A stretch of 44,872 nt of DNA from Octopus bimaculoides. Lineage: Eukaryota. The number at the start of each line of letters is the position of its first letter. Position 1 is the stretch's first letter. Location: contig NC_068999.1 of assembly GCF_001194135.2 (NCBI RefSeq), forward strand, positions 24,373,217-24,418,088. Reading direction: 5' to 3'. A program made the position numbers and the translations under genes. Shown here one piece after another: positions 24,521 through 38,399 of this stretch. The notes under the pieces are model-generated. The model was not told the origin of the DNA. It searched no databases and saw only the letters and a list, made by a program, of their open reading frames with translations.

Positions 24521-26279
24521 GATAATTCCATGGCATCTATTAGAAGTGCTGGTGCCATGATAAAATGTACTCAGTTCAGTGATTGAGCAGAGAAAACTGT
24601 GAGTTGAGGGGATCCTTTAGTCTTGTTGAAGACATAACAACCTCTCTTGTGCTGGAGCTGCTAGTGTACTCTGTATTTAAAAGATAGAAGGATGATCAGG
24701 TAACAGGGTTACCTGAATAAAAAGAGTGCAGCTGTTTGTTAAAACTTTATCCAATACAATAGTGGTGTGAATTTCCAGTATTTAAGCATCATTTTGTTAA
24801 AGTGGTCACAGTTAGTGAAAGATTCAGAACTTGTATTCAGGTAATTCACAGATAGTACCATATGTAATTTAACAAAGTTGTGTTCTTTTCAGCATTCCTG
24901 AAGGATGAAATATTATTACTGTAATTTTGTTTGATTTTTCCACTTTGTCATTCCTATGTTTGGCAGAGGTAACTTCAGCTTCATTTATTATTGCTTCAGT
25001 ATTACATAATTGATTGAGTAGTAAACTGTGGTTTTTCTACTTACCACATGTGGTATTGTTGCTTATGCATTATGATATTTTTTTCTATTAGAAGTACAGC
25101 TGCAACTTTTATGCAGTTCTTGTTTCTGGAATTGGTGGTGAATTAGGAAATGTTGATCCATTAGCAGTAGAAAATGTTTGTCAGTGTTATTCTTAACATT
25201 TAAGAAAAAGGGGAGTGTGAACCAACTATGGTTATGCAATCTGTTCTAAGTGTAGTATGCCCAAGATGGGGATGTGTGAGTAGTTTTATCTTTGAAACCA
25301 GTCTTTGTAAAAGCAGTATTGTAATAGGAAGCCACCCTGTCAAAAATTTTTGGTGAAATACTCAAGATGGTGAATGATCCTGCTGTAAGACCACTTCCAG
25401 AGTGATGAACCCTATAGTTCTTGTCAGAACATCTATCTAAGAGTGGAGTAGATAGGACATCTTAGACATGTTGGCGGGGGGGGGGTGATCTGTCCACTGC
25501 CCTGATGATTTATGGGTGAGTCTAGGAAGACAAAGGTTAGTGGAGTACACACTGAGAGAAAAACAAGTTGTGGTTGTTAGCTTTAAGGCAATGTCTGACA
25601 GACTGGCTTCCTGGTTGGTTTCTACAGTTGGGAGGAGGTACCAGCCATCTTGGGTAATCCTTGGCACAGGATTTATCTCTTTCATAGTAAAGATATATCC
25701 ATATTCATATTTATACATATGTATATATGTACTTATACAGTCTATAGATACACATGCACACACACACAGATATGTATACATATACATACACACACATACG
25801 TACATATCTTTTCCTGCTCTCAACATTGTTTCCTTATAACTCTTTAAGTTGCATATTTTTAATGAAATTTCACAGAAATATGTTTCTCTAGGTGTAGATT
25901 GCAATTCTGTTGATAAAATGTTTTTTAAAAAATTGCTAAAATTAGAGAAATTGTTGGTAATACAATTGGGTGGTGTGGAAAGTGGTCTAGATCTCATCCT
26001 CTAAATTTATTTGCTTTAATTTTATCAACATAATGATGTTTTATTTAAAAAATATGCATTTTAAAGAGAGTTATGAAAGAAGGATGGGGAGAATAATTCT
26101 TTAATTTCATCATCATTTGTAATCTTCACCCTTGAAAATGTATCTCTGCAAAACTTCATGAACAAAATATACATTTTTTAGAAAGTTATAAGGAAATAGA
26201 ATTGCAGAAAGTTGTAAGGAAATAAAATTCACCTTATGCTGTAGAATATTGGCAAGCTTTTTATTTTCTGCTTCTCCAT

Positions 26280-26830
26280 TTGCTAAATAAATCTGTTGCT
26301 TCCTTGTCTTCTAATTGGTATGATTCTCTGCTGCATCCATTCTTCCAGTCTTTCTAAGTCTGTCTTGTTGAATTTACACCTCTGTCTATTTAATTGTTTC
26401 ATCACTTTGTAACCTTCAATCTGGCTGGAACTTTGCACCAGCCACAGACTTGGTCTGTAGTCCCATAAGAATTTCCGATTCTCATCTATGTTATGCATCT
26501 AGTTCTCCTCCTTGTCATCAAATGCTTCAACTGGTACTTCTAAATTTCTGACTGTTCAATGGATTTTTAAGTTTCTGTATCTCAGTGTTCACCAGATTGA
26601 TTGGTGATCAAATGGCTTGCGGATTTCCTGAAGTAAGTGTTGTAGATCATCAGGTTATTTGCATCATAGAACTCCAAAAGCCTTGTTTTTCCCCTCATTT
26701 CACAAACCAAAATCATAGCCCCTGTGTACATTGTAGAATCTATCAGAACATTGTCCAGTTTGTCTGAAGTCACCAATCACGAAGATAAGATCCTTGTCAT
26801 TTGTCATTGAAATAACCTACAAAAGGGCTT
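26280..26830 (-). mobile_element. RTE-clade LINE endonuclease/linker fragment
   Basis: TRLLEFYDANNLMIYNTYFRKSASHLITNQSGEH and TTDQVCGWCKVPAR. Confidence 0.7.
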
Positions 26831-27481
26831 CATAAAAACAGCCCTTTGTTCATCTGCCTGTCCCATTTAAGGTGCATATGCAGAGATATATGCTGCTGTC
26901 ATGCTTTCCAAGACTAATCTAAACTTAATTATCCTATCACACGCTATGGCTACTTCAACCACTTTATTTATCCATTTCTTTTGCCAAATGTATGCTCACA
27001 CCACCCACAACATTGCTATTGCCTACCTAGAAGAATTTATACCTTTGTTCTTTGCCCATGAGAAGTTTGGCTGAAGTTTCCCCATCTCTTACTTCTGACA
27101 TGCAACATGCATCCCCCCCCCCCCATTCATTTTAGCTTTTCAAAAATCTCATTGGATCTATCTTTCATTGTGCCTAAATTGATTGTGGTTATTCNNNNNN
27201 NNNNNNNNNNNNNNNNNNNNNNNNNNNNNNNNNNNNNNNNNNNNNNNNNNNNNNNNNNNNNNNNNNNNNNNNNNNNNNNNNNNNNNNNNNNNNNNNNNNN
27301 NNNNNNNNNNNNNNNNNNNNNNNNNNNNNNNNNNNNNNNNNNNNNNNNNNNNNNNNNNNNNNNNNNNNNNNNNNNNNNNNNNNNNNNNNNNNNNNNNNNN
27401 NNNNNNNNNNNNNNNNNNNNNNNNNNNNNNNNNNNNNNNNNNNNNNNNNNNNNNNNNNNNNNNNNNNNNNNNNNNNNNNNN

Positions 27482-27514
<33 letters not shown>

Positions 27515-28140
27515 CAAAAATTTAAACAACAAATAGAAAGTTTCTAGCTAATTCCTCATTAGTCAACATCCAGAAGATCCTTACAATTTTGTACCTTTAA
27601 CGTTGATACTATTCACTTTTGGTGGCGCCAGCGGTGAAAAGCCACTGGGAGTAGTTAATGAACATACAAGACAACAATGTAAACAAACACTACAAAATAA
27701 AATAATTATACATAAACAACTTAAAAAGCTGTGCGGCAACAGGACTGAGTTATATGGGGAAATGGAAAGGGAAATGCAAATGTCCTGTACAACTGGAAAT
27801 GAGAAAGAAAAAAACGAAGGAAGAAATAAACAGACCATGAAGGAAAAGTGTAGGAGCACAGGGAAATGTGATTGACCAAGTCAACAGTAAAGCCAAAAAA
27901 GGGATGAAAGATGTGTGAATGGTCACGGGCCACATGGTAGTGGGAGGAGAGAAAAGGAGGGCAGAGGGACAGAAGCAACAGAGGAAAGTATTAGGAAGGG
28001 AAAAGGAGAAAAAGAGAGTGGGAAGAAGGCAAAATGGAGACAAAGGAGAAAGAGACAGGAATAGACATCGCATAAAAAATATTGCAAGAATATTTTACAA
28101 ATGAGTAAAAAAATAATAAGTGTGTGTGTATATATATATA

Positions 28141-28502
28141 GGCACAAGTGTGGCTGTGTGGTAAGAAGTTTGTGTCTCAACCCACATTATTTTGGGTTTA
28201 GTCCCACTGCATGGCACCTTGGGCAAGTGTCTTCTACCATAGCATTGGGCTGAACAAAGCCCTGAGTGGATTTGGTAGACAAAAACTGAAAGAAGCTCGT
28301 CATATATATCTATATGTGTCTTTGTGACTGACCTCTAGACAACCGGTGTTGATGTGTTTACATCCGCTAGTGGTTCGGCAAAAGAGACTGATAGAATAAG
28401 TACTAGGCTTTAAAAAAATAAATCCTGAGGTTGATTTCTTTGACTAAAACCCTCCAGCATGGCCAGAGTCAAATGACTGAAACAAGTAAAAGAATAAAAG
28501 AA
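28141..28502 (+). mobile_element. SINE family B, full length
   Basis: GGCTGTGTGGTAAGAAG...GAATAAGTACTAGGCTT...GAAACAAGTAAAAGAATAAAAG. Confidence 0.75.
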
Positions 28503-29118
28503 TACGCACACACACACACACATATATATTAACATCATAATCTTCATCACTTTTACATTCACTTTTCCATGCTTGCATGAGTTGGATGGAATTCTTAGAA
28601 AGAGATGCTCTTCCTGTCATCAACCCTTACATGTTTATTTCAAAATGGTGAGACATATTTTCCCAGAAGCTTGGAAATGAAGGACACTACTTGTTTGCTG
28701 GGGATACTCATTTACAAACATCAGGCATCGTCACAGCAAGAAGACAGTAACACACTCACATCATCATTACCATGTTCAGAAGTGCTGCTCACCTACAGGG
28801 CCAGGAGAATTCATTTCACTCACATTTCAATTTTGGCTTGGTTTCTATGTCAAGATGCCCTTCTTAATACCAGCCACCCTACAGAGCATATTAAGTGTCT
28901 TTTTCTTCACAGTTGCACTTGAGGTAGCCATCTTTTTTGACATGACAATCTCACATATGCTTGTTTGCCTGCCTCTTTAAAGAGTGATTACACACACACA
29001 CACACATACAATTGTATGTTTGTGTGAGTGTGTGTGTGTGTGTGTGTGTATGTATATCTTCCTATATAAATTTGTGTATATATTTATATGAGGGTTTGTG
29101 TGTCTATATAGATGTGTA

Positions 29119-29167
<49 letters not shown>

Positions 29168-29309
29168 GGAGAAAGCTGCTTATTAATTAGGTATGTAACA
29201 GTTACTAAAAGAAAGCAATTATTATAGGCTTGACCATCTGAAAATTTTTTTATAAATTGATTTTCCAAGAAATTTCCTGTAATTTCAATTTCTGAAGTTT
29301 ATTAAATAT

Positions 29310-30880
29310 TTGAACTACAAGTTTTTCACAAATTTAAATATTTGCTGCATTCACTGCAGAGTAGATTTTAATGTTTAATAAACTATATTACTCATATGCA
29401 ACAGTCTCTCACTCTCTCTTGCCTCTATTTTCATTAATGATAGTTTAATATATATTCATTTCAGTATTTTCATTTCAAGTTTTAATTCGCTATTTGCAAA
29501 ACCCACAGTTTATCCTATATACGTAATGTAAAAAAATTATTTATTGAATGAATGAATGCTATTAGACAAAATAGCTGTATAACTTTGGGGCTTTGATACA
29601 AGGCACAATTTCAAGAATAATATCAGTTTCTGCCAGAGTTTGTTAAATGAACATTTTTGATAAAATGAAAATTTTCTAATATTTTAAAAAGACAAATTAA
29701 GAAGTGATTTTGTTGGTATGGCTGTTTGGCACACTATAAGCCTTACAATAATAACTATGTGATCGCTGCTATTCCTAACATGCTAAATGTAGTTGGGTTA
29801 CCTTGAAGTTTGTTTAAATTACAGATATATTGCAACTACAATAAATTACTGAAAGAAATATTTACTAAGCAAGTGAGATTTTTTATGAATTGAAGTTTTC
29901 AGAAAAATTTACTTTCTGAATTTCCTTTTATTATTGAATATTTCAAGTTCACAAATTTAAATATTTGGTATGAGATAGTTGTTTACAAGCTTTTATTGGT
30001 TTTTCTCTCTGGGAAATTTTTATAAATTCCTCTGTTAATATAGCAATAAAAAGGCAGTTTCGAAATGTCTGTTCACAAATTTAAATATTTGTTGCTAAGC
30101 TTTACCTTCACTGCAGAGTAGGTTTTAACATTTGATAAACAATATTATGTTTTGGCAAAAAAACGGCGAGCTGGCAGAAATGTTAGCACGCCGGGCGAAA
30201 TGCTTAGTGGATTTCGTCTGCCATTACGTTCTAAGTTCAAATTCTGCCACAAGATCGACTTTGCCTTTCATCCTTTCGAAATCGATTAAATAAGTACCAG
30301 TTATGCACTGGGGTCAATGTAAATGGCTTAATACATTTGTCTGTCCTTATTTGTCCCCTCTATGTTTAGCCTCCTGTGGGCAATAAAGACAAATATTATG
30401 TTTTGGCGAAATTTTTCATTTTCATTTGCAATACAGTCTCTCACTCTCTTTCCCCCACCTCTAATTGTTTTCATTAATAATAATTTACTTAATATATATA
30501 TATTCATTGCAATTTTTTCATTTCAAGTTTTATTTCATTATTTCACATGAGGAAATCAGGTATTTTGTTGACTTAAATTTGCTGTGTAAATTCCCTCAGT
30601 TTATTGTTTGTACATACTGGAAAAAAACTATTTGGACAACTTATTAAAACTTACTGAAGCTTTAAAATTTTGTGACTTATTTCTTTTCCATTGTTATCTA
30701 AGAATTTTCAAGTGAATTTGCTGCCATGACTAATTGATATGCTATAGGTATTAAAATATCTCTGTGTGATTGCTGATATTTTTTTCACACTAAACATAGT
30801 TGGACTACCTTTATGTTTGTTTAAAAAAGAGAGATTATGGCTGATAAAATAATGAAAACAATATTTACTAAGCAAGTGAG
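29310..30880. repeat. Diverged tandem duplication, unit ~750 bp
   Basis: TTCACAAATTTAAATATTTG occurs at 29325 and 30072 (offset 747). AATATTTACTAAGCAAGTGAG occurs at 29857 and 30860 (offset 1003). CAGTCTCTCACTCTCT is also shared. Confidence 0.75.
30157..30391 (+). mobile_element. SINE family A with a 16-bp target-site duplication
   Basis: AATATTATGTTTTGGC at 30141-30156 and 30392-30407; CpGs in the head are intact. Confidence 0.85.
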
Positions 30881-31496
30881 CACTATTATACAAAAAAGTA
30901 ATTAGACGTAAAATATCATAAAAGTTATTAGAGTTGGGAATCAAATGTGAAAATATCAAGTGTGTGTAAATACAGGTCATTTATTAAGAGTAAATTTGGC
31001 TTACAGCTGTTTCCAGTAGTCATTATAGGTACGTTACCAAAAGGTTTATTCTGTTGGTTTATTGATAAGTTGAAGAAAACCTTTAATGACTACTGAAAAT
31101 TTACTCTAATAATGGAAAAATATGTAATAAACATTATAACTTGTCTTATATAACACTCTGTGTAAAACCAGTTTGACTGGAGCCCAACCACGGATTTAAA
31201 ATATAGAATTGTGATGAACCAGAACCTCGGACCCTGCCATAAGAATGCTCAAAGTTCTTCACTAATGTAAACAATACTGCTAGCCTGATATGCCGACAGA
31301 GAATTTGTGGAGTATTTTGCTCAGATTGAAAATCCCTCGCTATATGAATATATATATATATATATATATATACATACACATATACATATATGCACATTAT
31401 CTATCTATGGACAATCTAGATAAAGATGTGTGTGTGTGTGTGTGTATGTATGTATATATGTGTCTATGTATGTGTATATATATACATATGTATGTA

Positions 31497-31567
<71 letters not shown>

Positions 31568-34444
31568 ATATTTATATATATATNNNNNNNNNNNNNNNNN
31601 NNNNNNNNNNNNNNNNNNNNNNNNNNNNNNNNNNNNNNNNNNNNNNNNNNNNNNNNNNNNNNNNNNNNNNNNNNNNNNNNNNNNNNNNNNNNNNNNNNNN
31701 NNNNNNNNNNNNNNNNNNNNNNNNNNNNNNNNNNNNNNNNNNNNNNNNNNNNNNNNNNNNNNNNNNNNNNNNNNNNNNNNNNNNNNNNNNNNNNNNNNNN
31801 NNNNNNNNNNNNNNNNNNNNNNNNNNNNNNNNNNNNNNNNNNNNNNNNNNNNNNNNNNNNNNNNNNNNNNNNNNNNNNNNNNNNNNNNNNNNNNNNNNNN
31901 NNNNNNNNNNNNNNNNNNNNNNNNNNNNNNNNNNNNNNNNNNNNNNNNNNNNNNNNNNNNNNNNNNNNNNNNNNNNNNNNNNNNNNNNNNNNNNNNNNNN
32001 NNNNNNNNNNNNNNNNNNNNNNNNNNNNNNNNNNNNNNNNNNNNNNNNNNNNNNNNNNNNNNNNNNNNNNNNNNNNNNNNNNNNNNNNNNNNNNNNNNNN
32101 NNNNNNNNNNNNNNNNNNNNNNNNNNNNNNNNNNNNNNNNNNNNNNNNNNNNNNNNNNNNNNNNNNNNNNNNNNNNNNNNNNNNNNNNNNNNNNNNNNNN
32201 NNNNNNNNNNNNNNNNNNNNNNNNNNNNNNNNNNNNNNNNNNNNNNNNNNNNNNNNNNNNNNNNNNNNNNNNNNNNNNNNNNNNNNNNNNNNNNNNNNNN
32301 NNNNNNNNNNNNNNNNNNNNNNNNNNNNNNNNNNNNNNNNNNNNNNNNNNNNNNNNNNNNNNATATATACATAATATCAATTAATGTAAAACACGATAAA
32401 ATTGTAAAATGTATGCAAATATTTGTTATGCACATTGCAAACATCTGTTAGAGGATTCAAAACTTGAAGTATGATATGTTATGATGTCAACACATGACAG
32501 TCCACTCAAACTTGAACTCCCAGCTGATTACAGCTATGACGGAAACAAAAGGTTTTATTGCACTTAATGACCTATGAATGTTGTGGAAAATTCTGATTTT
32601 TCACAGTGGTGTGAGTGAATATATTACTTATTTTATTTCAGGATTTAAAATATGGGATGAAAATGAATCTGCGTCAATTGTTTTCTTCGTAGAAATGATT
32701 AATATGTGTAGAAGATAAGTGTGTATGTGTGTGTGTGTTTGTAGGTGTGTCACAAAGTATTTACTATTGTTTCTTTGTTCAGAATGTATTTGTTTGTATG
32801 TGATGAATAATATCTCTATGTAGGCTGACACACATGTGTATCTATGTGTGTCTAAATATACGTGTGTGTGTGAGTGTATTTATTTATTTATTTATATACA
32901 TAAATTCACTTGAAAAACGGGTAAGGATTAACAGTAGCAAAGGCGGGCTATAAAACAATGCTTTAACAATGTTTTGCTCCAGCCCCTACTAGCAAGGAAT
33001 AACGGGCATAAAAATGTATGAAGATGATTATATGTGTGTATGTGTTGTATATAAATATATCAGTATAATCCAAATAAGAGGATAGATCTTGTATTATTAA
33101 CGTAATAAAGAGAATGTACATAGCCATAAGTTTAGGTTGAGTGCTGTATTGGAAATACTCTGATTTCCTAACCTCTCACAATAATATATATATATATATA
33201 TACATAGATAGATTCAGGTGAATATGGTATTTAAGTTTAGGAACCAGAATTAAGTATGGTATTATCCATACAGCTTCAAAATAAGGTGATTAAAGTCAAA
33301 ATAAGCAAGAAGGATATCCAAAGTTAATGATATCCTTGTTGCTTATTTTGACTGTATATATATGTGTAGGTATATATATATATATAAAATAATCAGAAAA
33401 TGTAGAAAACTTTTGGTCAGCAGACAAATTGACTACCATCTGTTAATTATTTATTAATACAAAACTTTAAAGTTTTGCATTAAAAAATANNNNNNNNNNT
33501 ATTTTAGAGGTAATACTTGATAAGTGTAAGTACCTGTATATGCCAGATAGTGGCCGAGGTGAAAGAATATATTAAAATGTAAAATGAAAACAGAACACAA
33601 AGGATTCCGTGGTACACGTATTTCAAGCTTTATACACAAACTGTCGTTGCATCATTATATGAGTGTATAATTGTTAGACAGGATGGTTTAAAGCTATCTT
33701 CAGCCGCAAACGTTTTCAATCCCAAGATTACATCACAAAGAAAAAAGAAAATGAGAGAGAAAAAGGAAAAGTCCACCTAGTATTATTCATTGTAATATGC
33801 TTATCCTTTAAATTGATATATCTGCATAAATATTCCTTGGTATTCAAAAATTTGTCCATATTGTACCACAATTCAGGGTAGAGTGAATGATAAATAGATT
33901 GGATTGTATATAACTAGGGTATATGAGAAAGAAGAAGATCAAAAATAAAAAAAAGTTAGAGGTTAAAACAATATAAAATACGAAATTAAACAATATAAAA
34001 TAAGAGATAAAATATAAAAATAATAGAAGTAATATAATATAATAGAGTAATATAAGAAAAAAATACAGATAATAAAGTAAGATGCATATAAATAAGATTT
34101 AGTAGGGTTGGAATAATTGGAATAAAGTAATAAAGGAAATAAAGGAATTGGGATAAAGAAATAGAAGAAATAAAAGAAATGAAATAAAAGAAGTAAAGAA
34201 AAATCCATAAAGTAGTAAAAGAGATAAGATACTAAATGGCAGAAAGACATGATGCTGTCTTGGCCAGGATTGCAGGGGGTCATCCTTGTGATGAGTGGTC
34301 AGTTTACCCAAAACACACCACTACAACTTAACTATATGAACTTATCTATTATATGGGTACATACACTTAGAAGATAAATAAATAAATAATAATGATGGAA
34401 TTGGTAAAGAGTAATTAGAAAATATAAAAACTAATTACTCTTTA

Positions 34445-34670
34445 CCACTCCCCGTTCTCCTGAGTTGGCTCTGACTATTATCTGTTCCCCTCATATCTGC
34501 TGTTGATGAGTTTTTTGACCAACAGGATAAACTTTCTTCACCAATGGAATCCAAGCACTAATGGAAGAAGCGAGTGGACCGACCGCAAGGGGAATATGTT
34601 GAAAAATAAACCTTATTTGGTTACATTCCATGAGTGTTTCTTAGTCTATAAACTTTTCAGTCAACCTTCT
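34445..34670 (+). mobile_element. Mariner 3' fragment with right TIR (irritans-like)
   Basis: Decayed HSPYSPELAPSDYYLFP, then EFFDQQDK..FTNGIQAL and WKKRVDR..GEYVEK*, then AACTTTTCAGTCAACCTTCT|TA. Confidence 0.65.
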
Positions 34671-35314
34671 TATAGTATGTATGTGTGTGTCTGCTTGTGT
34701 CTTGTCTTGAAATAACGTGACATATGTATATGAGCATCACCATATATGTGGTGTTATTTGTTTCCATACCTCTGTAAGCATGTCTGACCATAGAGAAATA
34801 TCACATTGCTTGGAAATGAGAGCTTGGAACAGCAAAAATATCCAGCCATAGAAAAGTTTCCTCAACAAAATCTGTCTTATCCATGCGAGCATGGGTAAGT
34901 GGACAATAAAATGATGATGCTAGTTTATATAATACTGTCATACACAAATTAACACACACAAGTATCACTGCATACATACATCATCATCATCATCAATTAA
35001 CATCCGTTTTCCATGCTGGTATGAGATGGATGGTTTGACTGAAAATTGGTAAGCTGGGGAGCTGCACCAGGTTCCAATTTGATTTGGCATGGTTTCTATG
35101 GCTGGATGCCCTTCCTAACACCAACCACTCCAAGAGTGTATTGGGTGCTATTTATATGCCACCATCATAGGTGCCAGTTACGCAACACCAGCATTGGCCA
35201 CAACTTCGATCTCACTTGGCTTGACAGGTCTTCTCAAGCACTGTATTTTGCGAAAGATCTTGGTCATTTGTCACTGCCTCACCCATAATATTTAAATACA
35301 TGTGTGTATACATC

Positions 35315-35355
<41 letters not shown>

Positions 35356-35435
35356 TTGCACACAAACACATATTCACAGACATGTACATACCTGCATACA
35401 CTTCTATATATATATAAATATACAAATATATTTGA

Positions 35436-35609
35436 CCCTTTTGTATTTAAACTGGCCAGATCCAGCCTCTCACAACTACCCTACAGTGTCATTCTAAAAA
35501 TAAACACTCACACCATTGAAATTTCAAAGCTGTGCGGTAATGCATGATTAATTTGAAACAGTGTGAATAAATAAGCATTTGACAACAGAGTAATCTGAAT
35601 GCTAAAGGG
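35436..35609 (+). mobile_element. MITE family D, internally deleted
   Basis: TTGA|CCCTTT ... AATGCTAAAGGG|TTAT. Confidence 0.7.
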
Positions 35610-36537
35610 TTATTAGAAAGCCTCACTTTGGATGTAATAAAAATTTAAACACAACCTTTTTTTATTATTATTTTGCAATTAGTGTGTAGAACAAAGAGGG
35701 AAGTAGTTTCCTGATGAACTGTTTCTCTGAGAATATGTACCTGATTTCCTCTTTCAATCAATAGCATAGCTCAGATGTTATGAAGAGGGATCATATTTCA
35801 GGCTAGCACATTAATGAATATCTTAATTTGTGCTTTTGACAGTTCATTCTTATTTGAATAGTATCTATTTCTCTGTAAAGCACAGCATAAATCAGCATGT
35901 ATTGCAGCTGACCTTTGCTCCTGAATAGATAAGGAAGCCAGGTACATTTTCTGAGGTGAGGTAAACAAACTGCAAAGTGGTCCATCAGGAAATCCTCCCA
36001 CTTTTTCTGCACATCAGTTGCTTAAAAAGAATGTATTTACATTTTTATTTCACCCACACCGAGGCTTACAAATATTTAAATTTATTTTAATTCTTCTGTT
36101 TTACACTGTGTTATGCATTAAGTTAGATATAGATATCGTATAATAATTGACAGGAAAACACAGAACACAGTCCTGTATTTGTATATAGCCAAAACTTTTC
36201 CATCTTAATAATTGCAATTTGAATATATCTTCATAAAAATTGAATATTTATTGTCCGTTTTGTAGTTTTTTTTAAGGAGGCTGTCTTCTTGTTTCAATGA
36301 ATCAAATGATGGCATTCACTGCAATGTGTACTTCCTGTCTGCTCACTTTAACTTTATGTAATGTTTCACTTTGTGCTATTGTTATTTTTTAATATTGGAG
36401 TATTGTGATTTTATCCGAGCATTTGTATATTAACGTTGTTTACAATAGATTTTGCCCCACTTTCTAGCAGATTGATCAACTGTATCAAGACTCCAAGTGT
36501 GAAAATATATCAAGTGAAAAGTATCTATCAAGTATAA

Positions 36538-36748
36538 CCCTTTAGCATTTAAACTGGCTGTATCCGGCCCAAACGTTTTACCAGTTTTTCATTCAAACTG
36601 GCTCTCACACCTATGCTACACTGTCATTTTAAAAGTAAACAATATGTTTACATTGAAATTTTGAAGCTATGAGATAATGTATGAGTAATTAAAAAAATGT
36701 GAATAAATAAGCATTACATTTGATAGAGTAATCTGAACACTTAAAGGA
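36538..36748 (+). mobile_element. MITE family D, full length
   Basis: ATAA|CCCTTTAGCATT ... TAAAGGA|TTAA. Confidence 0.75.
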
Positions 36749-37114
36749 TTAAAGATAAATAAACATGGTTTACTTGAAATACTGAAAAGAAATCAAAATA
36801 CTCTTTACTTCAAGGAAAATAAAATGTACTTTTATTTTAAAAGTAACAAGTAGTTATGAAGAGAGAGAGAGAAAACATTTAAGTTACTTTGTTTTTGTAT
36901 TTAGCTTGCAAGATTGTTGTGAACGTGTGTTGAAACATTTTGTTGTATCTTGGGAGGGTCATTATACCAGTGACTAACACGCACTGATTCTATTTCCCTT
37001 TTTTATTATTATTAAATTAGTTAACGATTTAATTGAGACAACAAAATTTGAGGTAAATTATAAATATCTAATTTGAGACAACATCCAAAAAATCATGTTA
37101 ATTTTAATATGTAA

Positions 37115-37336
37115 CGTTTTAGTATTTAGACCAGCCACATATGGCCCAAATATTTTACCAGTTTCATGTTCAAATCAATCAGAGCCAGCCTCTCACACCT
37201 ACCATACAATGTTACTGTAAAAAAAAAATAATCATATCATCAAAATCTCTAGGCTATGAGATGGTACTTGATTGATTCAAAACGGTGGAAATGAATAAGC
37301 ATTACATTTGACAGAATAATCTGAATGCTAAAAGGG
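37115..37336 (+). mobile_element. MITE family D, full length, diverged
   Basis: Ends AATGCTAAAAGGG|TTGA; internal homology to the other copies. Confidence 0.7.
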
Positions 37337-37764
37337 TTGATAACCATCTATACTTTCATTTTAGAAGCTTATGTGTTATGAGAAAAATATCATATAGGTG
37401 ATTTAGAAGTATATAATTAAAAATAATATTTAAAAATTCATATTAATTATAAGATGTAATGACATAAGAGTCACAAGAAATTATGGGCTTCGTATGTTTG
37501 CAATCCTTGCAGTAAACATTTCATTTTTATTTCAGGATTTCAAGAAATCCATGATGTTTTTATACATTCCTTATTTCCTTGAAATTATACTGTAATTCTC
37601 CATATTTCAAAAAATCCAATTTTTTTGCCCCACCACCCCAAAATTTTGGTGTAGTCTCACCAGTCTTTTGTTAGAGGAGTGAAATTTAAAAAAAATTCTT
37701 AGTATCCTTGAGCTTCAAAAGATTGAAATAATCATGCACGTGCGTGCACACACACACGCACTAA

Positions 37765-37917
37765 ACTTCCTTCACTTCTGACTTCCAGAATTACTCACAG
37801 AGCTCTAGTCAACGTGGAGCTATAGTAAAAACACATTTGCCCAAAATGTCATACAGTGGAACTGAACTTAAAACCATATGACTGGGAAGCAAACGTTTTA
37901 GCCTCATTACACAGCCA
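37765..37917 (-). mobile_element. SINE family B, 5' part, diverged
   Basis: TTGCCCAAAATGTCATACAGTGGAACTGAAC...GGGAAGCAAAC...ACAGCC. Confidence 0.55.
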
Positions 37918-38399
37918 TACACACACACATTGTCTGAACCTGCAGACACCTTTGTATTCATACATATATGAATATGCAATATCATCTGGCTAAAAAACCT
38001 TATAGCATGATTTGCAAAAGTATTGGCTACCATATGCAGTCTTCCAACAGGAATTCTCCTTTTACTGGATATACATGTGGAAATCTGTTCATGTTCACAG
38101 AATTTATACAAAAAAATTTTAATAGAGGAAGATGGAATGAACAAGCTTTAATCGAAATCTCTGTATTTGTTTCCATGCATTAGTATCAATTGGTGATTGC
38201 TGAATGGACAGGAACAATTGTGATTTGGATTAAAGCCTGTTCATTCCATCTTGTATTATAATTTTCCATGTATGCATCATCATCATCACCGTTTAACGTC
38301 CGCTTTCCATGCTATATATGCATACACATATATATGCTATATATGCATACACATGCATATATATCCATGCTATATATGCATACACATTGCTAGATAATG

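Noticed and set aside
25437-25997. 186-aa minus-strand ORF
   Set aside because: It spans a microsatellite and decayed repeat sequence and has no protein motif.
27581-28180. Cluster of overlapping 60-107 aa ORFs
   Set aside because: They result from low-complexity purine-skewed sequence that is poor in stop codons.
30164-30250. tRNA gene
   Set aside because: The box-like head continues into the SINE body and is bounded by a TSD; no cloverleaf is evident.
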